DNA of 64,000 bases from Polyangiaceae bacterium (lineage in GTDB: Bacteria > Myxococcota_A > Polyangia > Polyangiales > Polyangiaceae), in NCBI GenBank assembly GCA_033763455.1, contig JANRKO010000082.1, forward strand, positions 1 to 64,000. The letters run 5' to 3'. The notes under the pieces were generated by a model, which worked only from the letters and a program-made list of their open reading frames with translations, had not been told where the DNA came from and did no database searches. The translations under genes and the position numbers were made by a program. Positions 1 through 9,267 of this stretch are shown piece by piece; positions within the stretch are counted from its first letter, which is position 1, and each line of letters begins with the position of its first letter.

Positions 1-36
1 CAAAAGCAAAGTCTGGATTAAACTTTCGTCGGGCAT
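1..36 (-). CDS. 5' end of a gene running off the window (MPDESLIQTLLL...)
   Basis: ATG at 36 with an AGAGGT RBS-like site 6 nt upstream; frame open to the window edge; too short to identify. Confidence 0.3.
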   Translation of the reverse strand, partial: MPDESLIQTLLL

Positions 37-125
37 GGCTGGACCTCTGGCTCGGGGTTGTTGGTTCGCACCCAACCCGTCCCAGAAATCTCCCAGCCCT
101 GCCCAATTTTCCGACTACCCACCTT

Positions 126-345
126 CTAGCGACAAGAGCCCAAAAAGAGCACTCAGAAATACCTCGACCGGCACCACCTCAAATCCGTCGAGGATGAGTG
201 AATTTCGACCTCGATACACGCCAATCATTCGGCGTACACGCATTACGGCTCAACGTTTTTCGTGCTGTCTCGATGACGAAGTCCACATCCACACCGGCTC
301 CCGTCCGCCAGAAATGTATCGGGCGATTCTTCTCGCGAACGTGAT
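126..345 (-). pseudogene. Remnant C-terminus of an AAA+/DUF4143 family protein
   Basis: One frame gives KNRPIHFWRTGAGVDVDFVIET; a shifted frame continues VRRMIGVYRGRNSLILDGFEVVPVEVFLSAL to a stop at 126; no N-terminal ATPase part. Confidence 0.6.
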
Positions 346-366
346 TAAAACCGGCGATGGTGCGTG

Positions 367-1452
367 TCACAGGGACGCACTTTGTAGCACTGTGAGCAGC
401 CGCTCCACTCGCAGTGCGGCGCCTAGATCAGAGGTTTGGTGGGCGTAATCCATGGCGGCGAAGAGGTGGCTCTGTTCCAGCCGAACGCGGGAAGGGTCAC
501 CCTCCATCAGTGGCACGTAGTGGTCGAAGTAACGATGCGCCGGAAAACGTGCTCGCTTCTGAATGGCGTAGCGAACCACGGCGTGAAGGGTGTACCGGCC
601 TTGCAGTGGCTCTTGCACTAACCGCCACGCTAGTAGCGGTTTTAACGCACTTTTGCCCGCTTTGCAGCGAGCCAAGCCGTAGAGTGACGCTTCATCCACG
701 TCGTCTCCCTCGGAGTATGCCAACGCTGCCAAGAGGCGTCGCGATCCAAAGGAGAGCTGAGCCCAGGCCCAAGCCACAAGTAACCGCACTTCCGCGACAT
801 CGTCTTCGTGGGCCATCACCGTGATGCGCTCCACCCCCTCACTTAAGAGCCAGCTTCTCAGCGCTGCCGAGCTTATCGCTCTTGAGCCCACCAAAGCGTC
901 TGCAATATCAAGGGCTAGCGGATTCCAACGCAGGAGTTTAGTGAGCACCGCGACTTTAGGGAAAGCGACTTCCCTGGAGGTAACCAGTGGCGCCACAACC
1001 GGAAACACCTCAACCCCAGAGAGCAAACAGCGACGCGCAGTGATTACCCAAGTGATGGGGCAGTCACGTAATGCGTCAAGGAAGCGGGCGAGGGCGGCAT
1101 CGTTTTCATGGTTGTCGAGAACGATGAAGGTGGGGCCGTTGCGTTTCAAAGCATGTTTCAGAGTTGCAAGATGCTCGCCGCCTCCGGTGCCCAATCTGCG
1201 TGCGAGCATTTCGAGTAGCGTTGCTGAATCCCAGGCGCCCACTCGGAGCCAGTGTATGCCGCCGTGAAAATGGCGCTTGATACGATGGCCGAGGGCGCAG
1301 GCTAGGAACGACTTTCCGCTACCTCCTCCTCCGACGAGAGCGATGCGGGTTGCATCGCCCTGGGTGAGGCGGGTTGTCAAAGTTTGAAGCTCCTTTGAGC
1401 GCCCTTTGATCGTTCGTGGAGGGGGTGGGAAGAGGTTCACCGGGTGTGGCAC
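367..1452 (-). CDS. NB-ARC/STAND-like P-loop ATPase without an obvious effector domain
   Basis: GRSKEL pre-motif, Walker A GGGGSGKS, Walker B IVLDN, ITAR sensor, WNPLAL (GxP-like), YTLHAVVR (MHD-like); GTG start at 1452 chosen. Confidence 0.75.
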   Translation of the reverse strand: MPHPVNLFPPPPRTIKGRSKELQTLTTRLTQGDATRIALVGGGGSGKSFLACALGHRIKRHFHGGIHWLRVGAWDSATLLEMLARRLGTGGGEHLATLKHALKRNGPTFIVLDNHENDAALARFLDALRDCPITWVITARRCLLSGVEVFPVVAPLVTSREVAFPKVAVLTKLLRWNPLALDIADALVGSRAISSAALRSWLLSEGVERITVMAHEDDVAEVRLLVAWAWAQLSFGSRRLLAALAYSEGDDVDEASLYGLARCKAGKSALKPLLAWRLVQEPLQGRYTLHAVVRYAIQKRARFPAHRYFDHYVPLMEGDPSRVRLEQSHLFAAMDYAHQTSDLGAALRVERLLTVLQSASL

Positions 1453-1579
1453 GTGAGCACGGTAACACGCGCATTGGAGCAGCAGTGTTGGCAATTTCTG
1501 TTTGGGCCGCTCCGGTGCAGAGCTCGGCTGCGCGAAGTATTGGCGTCGGTAAGATCTCAATGTTAGCCTTGGTTGCAAG

Positions 1580-2461
1580 GTGCCGATCCACAATTACATG
1601 CCAGGGCTTAAGCGGTTCCCTTTGACTGCCTTCCCGGTTGAGAATCACGTAGCGTATAAGCTGCACCAGCATAAGGACTATGCCGAGCTAGTGATTGTGA
1701 CGGGCGGTTCGGGGAACCACTTACTCGAGCACGAATCTTTCCCAATTGCACGTGGCGACGTCTTCTTCATTCCGCTTGGGGTCACCCACGGCTATTCGGA
1801 CTGCAAAGATCTTTGCCTCATCAATATCATGTTCGATCCTCGGGGGTTGCAGCTCCCAGAGGCGCAGCTCCAGCAGGTACCGGGGTATCATGCGCTCTTT
1901 ACGTTGGAGCCAGCACTCCGAGCTCAGCAAGCGTTTGGTGGGCGCCTACAGGTTGATGATGTGGCGCTCAACCACCTCCAGGAGTTAGTGGCGCCACTGA
2001 ATCGAGAGATCTTGGAGTGTAAGCCGGGCTACGAGGTTGCAAGCACGGCGCTCCTCTGCGGCATCATGGTGGAGTTAGCTCGTCGCTACAGCGCCCTGAC
2101 GGCGCCTATGCCGCAAACACTCGTCAGGCTCTCCGCGCTCCTTGAGTGGCTTGAGAAGAACCTTGAGAAGCCCATTACGGTGGAGCTCCTCGCGGAGAAG
2201 GCGCACATGTCGCGCAGCACGCTTGGGCGCTGCTTTCGAGAGTGTTTCGGGGTTTCCCCGATGAGCTACGTTATCGAGCTCCGGGTTCGCAAGGCAGAGC
2301 AGTTGTTGCGTGACGGGGCCACGCAAATCAGAGACGTCGCCCAAAAAGTCGGCATTGATGACGCGAACTATTTTGCTCGCTTGTTTCGCAAACACACGGG
2401 GCTTGAGCCCAGCGCCTACCGCTCCCGCTACCGAGTCTCGCGTATCCACAGCGTGGCGTGA
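1580..2461 (+). CDS. AraC family transcriptional regulator, RhaR/RhaS-like
   Basis: Cupin ligand domain HQHKDYAELVIVTGGSGNH...RGDVFFI; C-terminal double HTH with DANYFARLFRKHTGLEPSAYR. Confidence 0.9.
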   Translation: MPIHNYMPGLKRFPLTAFPVENHVAYKLHQHKDYAELVIVTGGSGNHLLEHESFPIARGDVFFIPLGVTHGYSDCKDLCLINIMFDPRGLQLPEAQLQQVPGYHALFTLEPALRAQQAFGGRLQVDDVALNHLQELVAPLNREILECKPGYEVASTALLCGIMVELARRYSALTAPMPQTLVRLSALLEWLEKNLEKPITVELLAEKAHMSRSTLGRCFRECFGVSPMSYVIELRVRKAEQLLRDGATQIRDVAQKVGIDDANYFARLFRKHTGLEPSAYRSRYRVSRIHSVA

Positions 2462-2538
2462 ACCCACTAGGTTCGGGGCGGTGTGCGCCCAACGTCGACC
2501 TTTGCCAAGCTAACACGCCACAAGCTGGCGTGAGCCCG

Positions 2539-3909
2539 TTAGGTAATTTGCGCGAGCGGGCCGTCTTTGTAGGCACCAAAGCTGTTCGTATTCACTCCAA
2601 GCAAATTGAGGATGCTCACCATCATGCTGCTATAACTGCTGTCTGGCGCGTATTTGATGTGGCGGCCGCTGCGGATCTTCCCACCCGCGTTCCCCGCGAG
2701 CACAATCGGAATATTGTGATAATCGTGCCCTTCGCCGTGCCCACATTCACTCGCAAATAGCACGATCGAGTTGTACAGCATCGTCTGCGCTCCCTGGACG
2801 TTGTTTTTCATCAGGTCCAGCATGAACGCTAGCTGTTTAACCTCGTCCTCCACAATCCGCGTCTGTTTTTCCAAGCCAGCAGCGGAGCTATCGTGCGAGA
2901 TACCGTGGTGGCCGTCGCCGCCGTCCGTTACGTCTAGGTCCTGGGTGCTAAGCCATGGGAACTGACGCTTATTTGACCTGGACCCCATCATGTAGCTGGT
3001 GAACCGGGTGAGGTCACAGCTCAGAGCAAGCACTTGGAGTTTGATCATCGCCTGGGCGCGAGCGACCGAGTAGTCTCCGTTGCCCTGGTCGTACTCAGAC
3101 GGCTGTCCCCCAAATGCGGGATCAACAGGCGCGGGGGATTTGCAGTCCGCGGACAAGTTTTGGCTGCCAGCGAGCTGCTTTTCCAACTCTCGAATGCTTG
3201 TTGCGTGCTCATCCATGCGAGCCACGTCGGTCGCTCCAACTTGGGTCTTCAGGCGGTCAAGGTCAGTCAAAACATAGTCGAAGACGCTCTTGTGGTAGTC
3301 CACCAGCGGAGTGGCGCCTGTTCCGGCGGAGCTGAAGAGTTTTCGAAATAGGGCAACAGGGTCACGCTCCGAAGGCTCAGCGGCACTTGGGCTCTTCCAA
3401 GAAATGTTGTTCGCGTAGCTCGGGCCACCCACTGAACCCCCCATCGCCGTCGCGAGCACTTTGAAGGGTGTGGTAGCGCCCAGAGCGTCGGCCGCTACGT
3501 GATCGAGTGAAGCGAACTCGACCAAACCATTGGGCTGCACACCTCCTCCCGTCATGAAGGAGGCGTGCCCCTTTGAGTGAGCGTCATTGTCTATTTCGAT
3601 GTTGCGATCCGCCTCAGCTTTGTAGAGGTTCTGGATCACCAGAAAATCGTTCTGAAATGCCGCCAAAGGCTGCAAACACCGGCTGAGCGCGTACCCTGCA
3701 CCCTCTGTCTTAGGCCAGAAGGTGTCCACATTGATCCCGTTCGGCACGAAGATCACTGCAAGGTTTGGCTGTCGAATTGTCTGCGCGCCCGCAGGCCGGA
3801 GGGCGTTCCCGTTGTCATCTAACATTGCTTCGAGCACTGGCAGCCCAATGGCAATTCCGCCGAGGCCAAAGCCACGCAGCATTGTTCGACGTGAGAGACG
3901 CGGTTTCAT
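2539..3909 (-). CDS. DUF1552 family protein, Tat-exported
   Basis: LSRRTMLRG Tat motif, IGLPVLEAM, FVPNG, ALSCDLTR, HHGISH, PIVLAGNAGG; ATG overlaps the upstream stop (TAATG). Confidence 0.85.
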   Translation of the reverse strand: MKPRLSRRTMLRGFGLGGIAIGLPVLEAMLDDNGNALRPAGAQTIRQPNLAVIFVPNGINVDTFWPKTEGAGYALSRCLQPLAAFQNDFLVIQNLYKAEADRNIEIDNDAHSKGHASFMTGGGVQPNGLVEFASLDHVAADALGATTPFKVLATAMGGSVGGPSYANNISWKSPSAAEPSERDPVALFRKLFSSAGTGATPLVDYHKSVFDYVLTDLDRLKTQVGATDVARMDEHATSIRELEKQLAGSQNLSADCKSPAPVDPAFGGQPSEYDQGNGDYSVARAQAMIKLQVLALSCDLTRFTSYMMGSRSNKRQFPWLSTQDLDVTDGGDGHHGISHDSSAAGLEKQTRIVEDEVKQLAFMLDLMKNNVQGAQTMLYNSIVLFASECGHGEGHDYHNIPIVLAGNAGGKIRSGRHIKYAPDSSYSSMMVSILNLLGVNTNSFGAYKDGPLAQIT

Positions 3910-5702
3910 TAGAGAGCTCCTGTGATGTGGCGGAACGAATCGCTGGAAACAAGGCTCACAATCAGGTCCTTGATGTTGTAGTTGCCGGCTTGGAAGGCCT
4001 TGAAGCCGTCTGCCACGGTGCACACGTCCACCTCGGCGAGCCCTCGCTCGAACGCGTAGCTTTGCAGGTGGCGGACAATGCAGCCGCGCGTTGCGTTGGA
4101 ATCATGCAGGATTTGCTGGAGCTGCTTGGGCCCTAGGAATTCAGGATCTCCAAGCAGGCCGTACAGGCGCCCCTTGCCGATCAAGCTCTCCTGCTCGAAC
4201 CCTTTGGGAACGAACCGCCCGATGAGATCGTACTGCTCAAGGCCGAAACCTACCGGATCGAGTTGATCATGGCAGGCTTTACACACAGGGTCCGTGCGGT
4301 GGGCGTCCAGCCGCTTGCGCACACTGACCGTGTCGTCTGCTGAGGGTGAAGAGATCATGATGTTTGCCGGAGGCAACGGCGGGGCACTGCAGAGGAACGT
4401 GTCGCGGATGTATTTGCCTCGAAGAATTGGTGCCACCACGTCCCCACCTACCACGGGCAGTGTGAGCAGTGCGGGCTGGGTCAAAAGCCCCCCGCGCGGC
4501 TCGTTGGCCATGAACGTAATCTTGTTCATTGAGCTCTGCGCCGGCAAGCCATACACGGATGCCACGTTGTTATCGATGTAGCTGTAAGAGCTGGTGAGCA
4601 GATCGGTAAAGTTGGCGTTATCGGCCCAATAGAAGTCTTCGAGGTAGCGCTTCGTCTCCCCGAGCATCGACTGTCCGAGTTGCTCGTTCCACTCGGGGTA
4701 ACGGTTCTTATCTCGGGGGACCTTAGTTACCTTGGGCAGATCGAGCCAGTCCTCAACGAAACGGTAGATGCCGTCTTTGGCGCGCGGATCGGCCAGCATC
4801 TGTCGAGCAAGAGCCACTGCCCTGCTGGGCGTATCGTACTGCTCGGTCAAGGCTTGCTGCATCATTGCTTCATCCGGGAGCGAGCCGAGGATGAAGTATG
4901 ACATGCGTTCCAAAAGCGAATAGCTGCTTAACTGCTTCCACGCGGCGTTTGGCACCGGGTTGATGGGGCCGTCGTTCGTGGTGTCTTTTTTGTAAAGGTA
5001 GAACGGCGAGTTGAGCACCCCCTGAATCACGAGCTTCGCGGGCCTATACGGATCCGGGTCGGCCGCGTTTACGGCAGCGCGCGATAGCGTGAAGAGGCCA
5101 TCCTTCTGTTGCTGAGTCACGTTCTGTCGGAAACCGCGCCAGAGAACCTTGTCGATGAACTGCTTTAGGCAATCATCAGAGCCGGCGAGTTCGCAGCCGA
5201 TCAGTGCCGACCGACGCTGGGGCGTGCTCAAGGCCTGGTTGGCGATCGACTCGGCCGCGTCATAGTAAAGGGCCGCATGGGCCGAACTCACGCGAAGAGC
5301 GGCTGCGTTGTTGCTCGTGCCTTCCTCGAAGAGCCTCAACGTTTCGACCTCGGCTTGCGGCACACCGAGCAAATCCCGGCCCGAAGAGAGAAATTCGGGG
5401 TTGGTGAGTCGACGGAGGTAGCCGGCGCCTGGCGTGATAGGCCCACCATTGCAGGTTTTTACGGGATCTTCGTCGAGGGCGAGATTCACGGTTGCAGGAG
5501 GTGGAACGGGAACCATGCCCACTCCGGTGGGCGATGTGGTACTTCCGGGCGGCGTGTTCGGGTTGGCGGAGCCACCACTGCCCGCAGCTATTGGCTTGTT
5601 CGTGCCGGAAGGCTTTGTGCCAACCTGGCTTGAGCACCCTATGGCCAGGCCAACGGCGCCCACAACGCAGGCGATGTAAAGGCCACGCATTTTTGGGGCC
5701 AT
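3909..5702 (-). CDS. DUF1587/1595/1592/1588/1585 multi-domain lipoprotein with one c-heme motif
   Basis: Lipobox AIGC, LRRLTNPEF, RGGLLTQ, PILRGKYIR, CKACH, DPVGFGLEQYDLIGRF; start uncertain (5702 or 5762). Confidence 0.85.
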   Translation of the reverse strand: MAPKMRGLYIACVVGAVGLAIGCSSQVGTKPSGTNKPIAAGSGGSANPNTPPGSTTSPTGVGMVPVPPPATVNLALDEDPVKTCNGGPITPGAGYLRRLTNPEFLSSGRDLLGVPQAEVETLRLFEEGTSNNAAALRVSSAHAALYYDAAESIANQALSTPQRRSALIGCELAGSDDCLKQFIDKVLWRGFRQNVTQQQKDGLFTLSRAAVNAADPDPYRPAKLVIQGVLNSPFYLYKKDTTNDGPINPVPNAAWKQLSSYSLLERMSYFILGSLPDEAMMQQALTEQYDTPSRAVALARQMLADPRAKDGIYRFVEDWLDLPKVTKVPRDKNRYPEWNEQLGQSMLGETKRYLEDFYWADNANFTDLLTSSYSYIDNNVASVYGLPAQSSMNKITFMANEPRGGLLTQPALLTLPVVGGDVVAPILRGKYIRDTFLCSAPPLPPANIMISSPSADDTVSVRKRLDAHRTDPVCKACHDQLDPVGFGLEQYDLIGRFVPKGFEQESLIGKGRLYGLLGDPEFLGPKQLQQILHDSNATRGCIVRHLQSYAFERGLAEVDVCTVADGFKAFQAGNYNIKDLIVSLVSSDSFRHITGAL

Positions 5703-6089
5703 AGGGCTGGTGCGGGAGAACCGCGGCTGCTGGCTAACACTAGCCTCGGGCGATGAGCTCATGAAATGTAGTATACACGTTCCGGTGGCATTGGATCTCG
5801 TTTTGAGCACTTCATCGGCGTTTCGAACTTGGTCGAAAAGATGCAGTACCGCGACGCGCGTCAGCGCAATTCGCTCAGGTAGTAAATTTCCGGCGTGAGC
5901 AGTTTGGAGAGAAGCTGAAGCGGCAATTCGTGGAAGCCCTGACTCACATCGGAGGCGGTTGCCGGTCCCCGGTGCACCCGGGTTGCTGGAGACGATTTCT
6001 ACGCTAATTGGTGAGCCAAAAACGGCCCATCGCGCGGTCTTTTTGGATTTTCTCTCAGATCTCGAAGCGTCCCCGAGTATGGTGTCGCT

Positions 6090-7625
6090 ATGGAAATCCA
6101 GGTTCCCCTGAATCGTCGCCGGAGCGGGTTGCTTTTGCATCCGACGTCCTTGCCCGGTCCCTTTGGAGTTGGCGATTTGGGTGCGCCGGCGTTTGCTTTC
6201 GCTGACTTTCTACAACGGGCCGGCCAAGCTGTCTGGCAAATGTTGCCCGTCGGGCCGACAGGGGGAGGCAATTCGCCCTACGACAGCCCGTCGACCTTTG
6301 CCGGCGCCCCCTTGCTTATCGACCTTTGTAACGTGGTCGCTCGCGGCTGGCTGCCGGAATCTGCTCTGCAGGTTCCCGCGAGGCTCCGCGGGTCTTCCGA
6401 GGTTCGCTATGGCGCCGCCGCATTGTTCAAAGATTTGCGGCTCCGTGCAGCGTTCCGAGCTTCAGGTGGCCTCGCTTCAGTGAGCGGCTACGAAGAGTTT
6501 GCCGAGCGCAACCGCGACTGGCTCGGTGACTACGCGCTCTATGTGTCTTTGCGTCGCGAACGCAACTACCGACCGTGGTTTGAATGGGAAGAGCCACTAC
6601 GGCGGCGTGACACAGGAGCCCTGAAATCGGCTGAGGTTCGGTTGGCTTCGGAGATTTCCTACCAGTGCTTCCTTCAGTTCTTGTTTGACGGGCAATGGCG
6701 GGCACTTCGGAACTACTGCCAGGAGCGTGGCGTTGCCTTGGTGGGGGATGTGCCCATGTTCGTGCGTTACGACGGAGCCGACGTGTGGGCGAATCAGCAT
6801 TTGTTCCACTTGGATGAGGCCGGCCGTCGTACCGCGCTAGCGGGCGTGCCCCCCGACTATTTCAGCGCAGATGGTCAGCTTTGGGGCAACCCTGTTTACC
6901 GCTGGGAGGCGCTGCGCGCCGAGGGGTTTGGTTGGTGGGTGCGTCGAATTCGAAGCGCGCTCGCCAGGTTCGACCTGGTGCGACTCGACCACTTCATTGG
7001 CCTCCATCGTGCGTGGCACGTGGCGCCCGGTGCACCGAACGCGCGCGAGGGGCAGTTTGAGTATGTGCCTGGTGGAGATTTGCTCGCCGTGATGCAGAGC
7101 CAATTGAAGGACCTTCCACTGATAGCCGAAGATCTTGGCACCGTTACCCCCGAGGTGCATGCCCTTAGGGATCGCTTTGGGTTGCCCGGCATGAGAGTGC
7201 TCCAATTCGCCTTCAACGAAGACCACAGCGACCATCAGCCGCACCGCCACGAACCCAATACGGTTGTCTACACCGGGACGCATGATAACGACACCGTGGC
7301 TGGCTGGCTCCTAGACGAGCGGACGCGCCGTGGCGATGGCCGCTGGGTCTACGAGCGGTTAGCAGGTTACTTGCAATCTGCAAACTTAGCACAAGCCGAC
7401 GAATTCGATCATTTCACGCTCATCGAGCTGGCGCTTTCATCGGTGGCTAATATTAGTGTTTTTCCTGTGCAAGATCTGCTCGGCTTGGGCTCCAACGCGC
7501 GCATGAACGTTCCCGGAGAGGCTTTTGGAAACTGGAGGTGGCGTCTCCCAGAAGGCGCTCTCGCCCTGGAGCTTGCCGAGCGCATGCGAAGCCTCACTCA
7601 GGCCCACGGGCGAGAGAGCTCCTAG
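6090..7625 (+). CDS. malQ: 4-alpha-glucanotransferase (amylomaltase, GH77)
   Basis: SGLLLHPTSLPG, WQMLP, GVPPDYFSADGQLWGNP, RLDHFIG, AEDLG, YTGTHDNDT, RMNVPG. Confidence 0.95.
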   Translation: MEIQVPLNRRRSGLLLHPTSLPGPFGVGDLGAPAFAFADFLQRAGQAVWQMLPVGPTGGGNSPYDSPSTFAGAPLLIDLCNVVARGWLPESALQVPARLRGSSEVRYGAAALFKDLRLRAAFRASGGLASVSGYEEFAERNRDWLGDYALYVSLRRERNYRPWFEWEEPLRRRDTGALKSAEVRLASEISYQCFLQFLFDGQWRALRNYCQERGVALVGDVPMFVRYDGADVWANQHLFHLDEAGRRTALAGVPPDYFSADGQLWGNPVYRWEALRAEGFGWWVRRIRSALARFDLVRLDHFIGLHRAWHVAPGAPNAREGQFEYVPGGDLLAVMQSQLKDLPLIAEDLGTVTPEVHALRDRFGLPGMRVLQFAFNEDHSDHQPHRHEPNTVVYTGTHDNDTVAGWLLDERTRRGDGRWVYERLAGYLQSANLAQADEFDHFTLIELALSSVANISVFPVQDLLGLGSNARMNVPGEAFGNWRWRLPEGALALELAERMRSLTQAHGRESS

Positions 7626-7662
7626 CAGCGAAGCCCGGAGCTCTCATGAGCCGCCCGAATGG

Positions 7663-8208
7663 TTAATGTCCGAAACGCCTCGCCATGAAGTCTGCGATCT
7701 TCTTGCGCTGCTCTAACGTCAAGACTTGAGAAATCTTCACAAGATTCTGGGTGAGGAGCTCCGAGCCGTTCCCAGCCATACCGAGCGCTTCTTGGCGCAG
7801 AAGCTCCAGCTCATCGGCCTTTACAGTGGGCGCTGTGAGGGCGGTTTTGATTTTTGCTTTGAGGGCACGGCGCTCTTCTCGCAGACGTTTTACTTCGGGT
7901 TTAGCGCTATCAACGATGGCTCGAATTTTTTCTTGCTGTTCCGGTGTTGCATCAATGGCGTGGAACACGAACTCCAGGCGATGCTCGAAGAACGCGTCCA
8001 TCTTTTCTTCCGACATGCCAAAATGGCCGCGGCAGCCGCCATCTTCGGCCCAAGCGGTTCGGTGCTTGGCGAAGAACATTCCGGCAAAAGCAATCGCTGG
8101 GGCGCCAATCAAGAGCCATTTGAGCCCTCTTCGGCGCCGTGGATTTTTGGTATGGGTGGAAGTGGGTTGGGTTGGGTTGCTTGCAGTATTGTCAGTCATG
8201 TGGGCCAT
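7663..8208 (-). CDS. Spy/CpxP (LTXXQ) family periplasmic protein
   Basis: Signal-like N-terminus, helical body, ATPEQQ and VLTLEQR motifs. Confidence 0.75.
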   Translation of the reverse strand: MAHMTDNTASNPTQPTSTHTKNPRRRRGLKWLLIGAPAIAFAGMFFAKHRTAWAEDGGCRGHFGMSEEKMDAFFEHRLEFVFHAIDATPEQQEKIRAIVDSAKPEVKRLREERRALKAKIKTALTAPTVKADELELLRQEALGMAGNGSELLTQNLVKISQVLTLEQRKKIADFMARRFGH

Positions 8209-8287
8209 CTTTCGGGTAACGCGGTCGCTGTGTTGCGCCGACCCAATGGATTTAGGGCGGGAATGTTTTTGGAGATCTTTCCCTTGT

Positions 8288-8304
8288 GTGAAGTAACGTG
8301 AAGT
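8288..8304. promoter_or_regulatory. Tandem GTGAAGT repeat with 10-bp period, candidate OmpR/CpxR-type site
   Basis: GTGAAGT at 8288 and 8298 between the divergent Spy/CpxP-like and SDR genes; resembles GTAAA-N5-GTAAA. Confidence 0.3.
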
Positions 8305-8360
8305 CGCCCGCCAAGCGCGCAGGTGCGCTGTCGCCCAGACGGCGTTATGGTGGCCTGGCT

Positions 8361-9215
8361 GTGCGTGTGCTGATTGCGGGCTACGGGTATGTTGGGCAGG
8401 CCCTAGGGCGGCGTTTAGTTGCGCAGGGGGACTCGGTGGTGGCTGTCCGTCGTCGGCTTGGTGCCGAGGTGCTAGGCGTGAAGCAGTTGGCCCTGGACCT
8501 TACATCCCCTGACGCTTCTCGCTCGCTACCCAGTGACATCGATGCCGTGGTTTACTCGGTTGCCCCCGACGAACGCAGCGACGCTGCCTACCATGCGGCC
8601 TATGTTCTGGGTCTTTCGCAAGTGTTGAAAGCTGCGGCTGCCGCCAACGTGCAGCGTATCATTTTTACGTCCAGCACAGCTGTCTATCGCGAGCATGAAG
8701 GTGGCTGGGTGGACGAAAGCTCGCCCCTGAACCACGACACTTTTTCCGCCAGGCGATTGGTAGAGGCTGAGGAACTCGCGCGGTCCGCGTCGGGGGTGGT
8801 GCTCAGGCTCGCCGGGATTTACGGCCCCGGGCGTATAGCCTTCTTGCGTTCGGTGCAGCGCGGAGAAGTGGCGGCCGAGAGCGGGCCCCCGCGCTACATG
8901 AACAGGATCCATCGGGACGATTGCGCAGGCGCCATCCTGCACCTGCTTCAGCTTGCGCGACCCGAGCCAATCTATCTCGGGGTGGATGATGCGCCGGCGG
9001 AAAAGAACACCGTTGTTGCATGGCTCAGAAACGAGCTTGGGCTTCCCCCATCTGAATCGCGTACCGCTCCCTCGCCGAGCGCCCGAGATGTAGGGAACAA
9101 GCGCTGTAGCAACGCGCGCCTTCGGCGTTCCGGATACGCCTTCCGTTATCCCAGCTTTCGTGAGGGCTACGCTCCCTTAATTCAAGCTGACCTTGGGCTT
9201 GCGCCCCAACAATGA
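8361..9215 (+). CDS. Atypical SDR / NAD-dependent epimerase (YeeZ-like)
   Basis: LIAGYGYVG, TSSTAVY, LRLAGIYGPGR, NRIHRDD, GNKRCSN, YPSFREG. Confidence 0.85.
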   Translation: MRVLIAGYGYVGQALGRRLVAQGDSVVAVRRRLGAEVLGVKQLALDLTSPDASRSLPSDIDAVVYSVAPDERSDAAYHAAYVLGLSQVLKAAAAANVQRIIFTSSTAVYREHEGGWVDESSPLNHDTFSARRLVEAEELARSASGVVLRLAGIYGPGRIAFLRSVQRGEVAAESGPPRYMNRIHRDDCAGAILHLLQLARPEPIYLGVDDAPAEKNTVVAWLRNELGLPPSESRTAPSPSARDVGNKRCSNARLRRSGYAFRYPSFREGYAPLIQADLGLAPQQ

Positions 9216-9267
9216 TGCCACCTGGGCAAAGGCCGCTCGTGCTCGCCACCGGTGCTACGCTTTACGG

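Noticed and set aside
5703..6140. N-terminal extension of the 743-aa DUF1592 ORF
   Set aside because: It overlaps the malQ start and precedes the lipoprotein signal; most likely a divergent promoter region.
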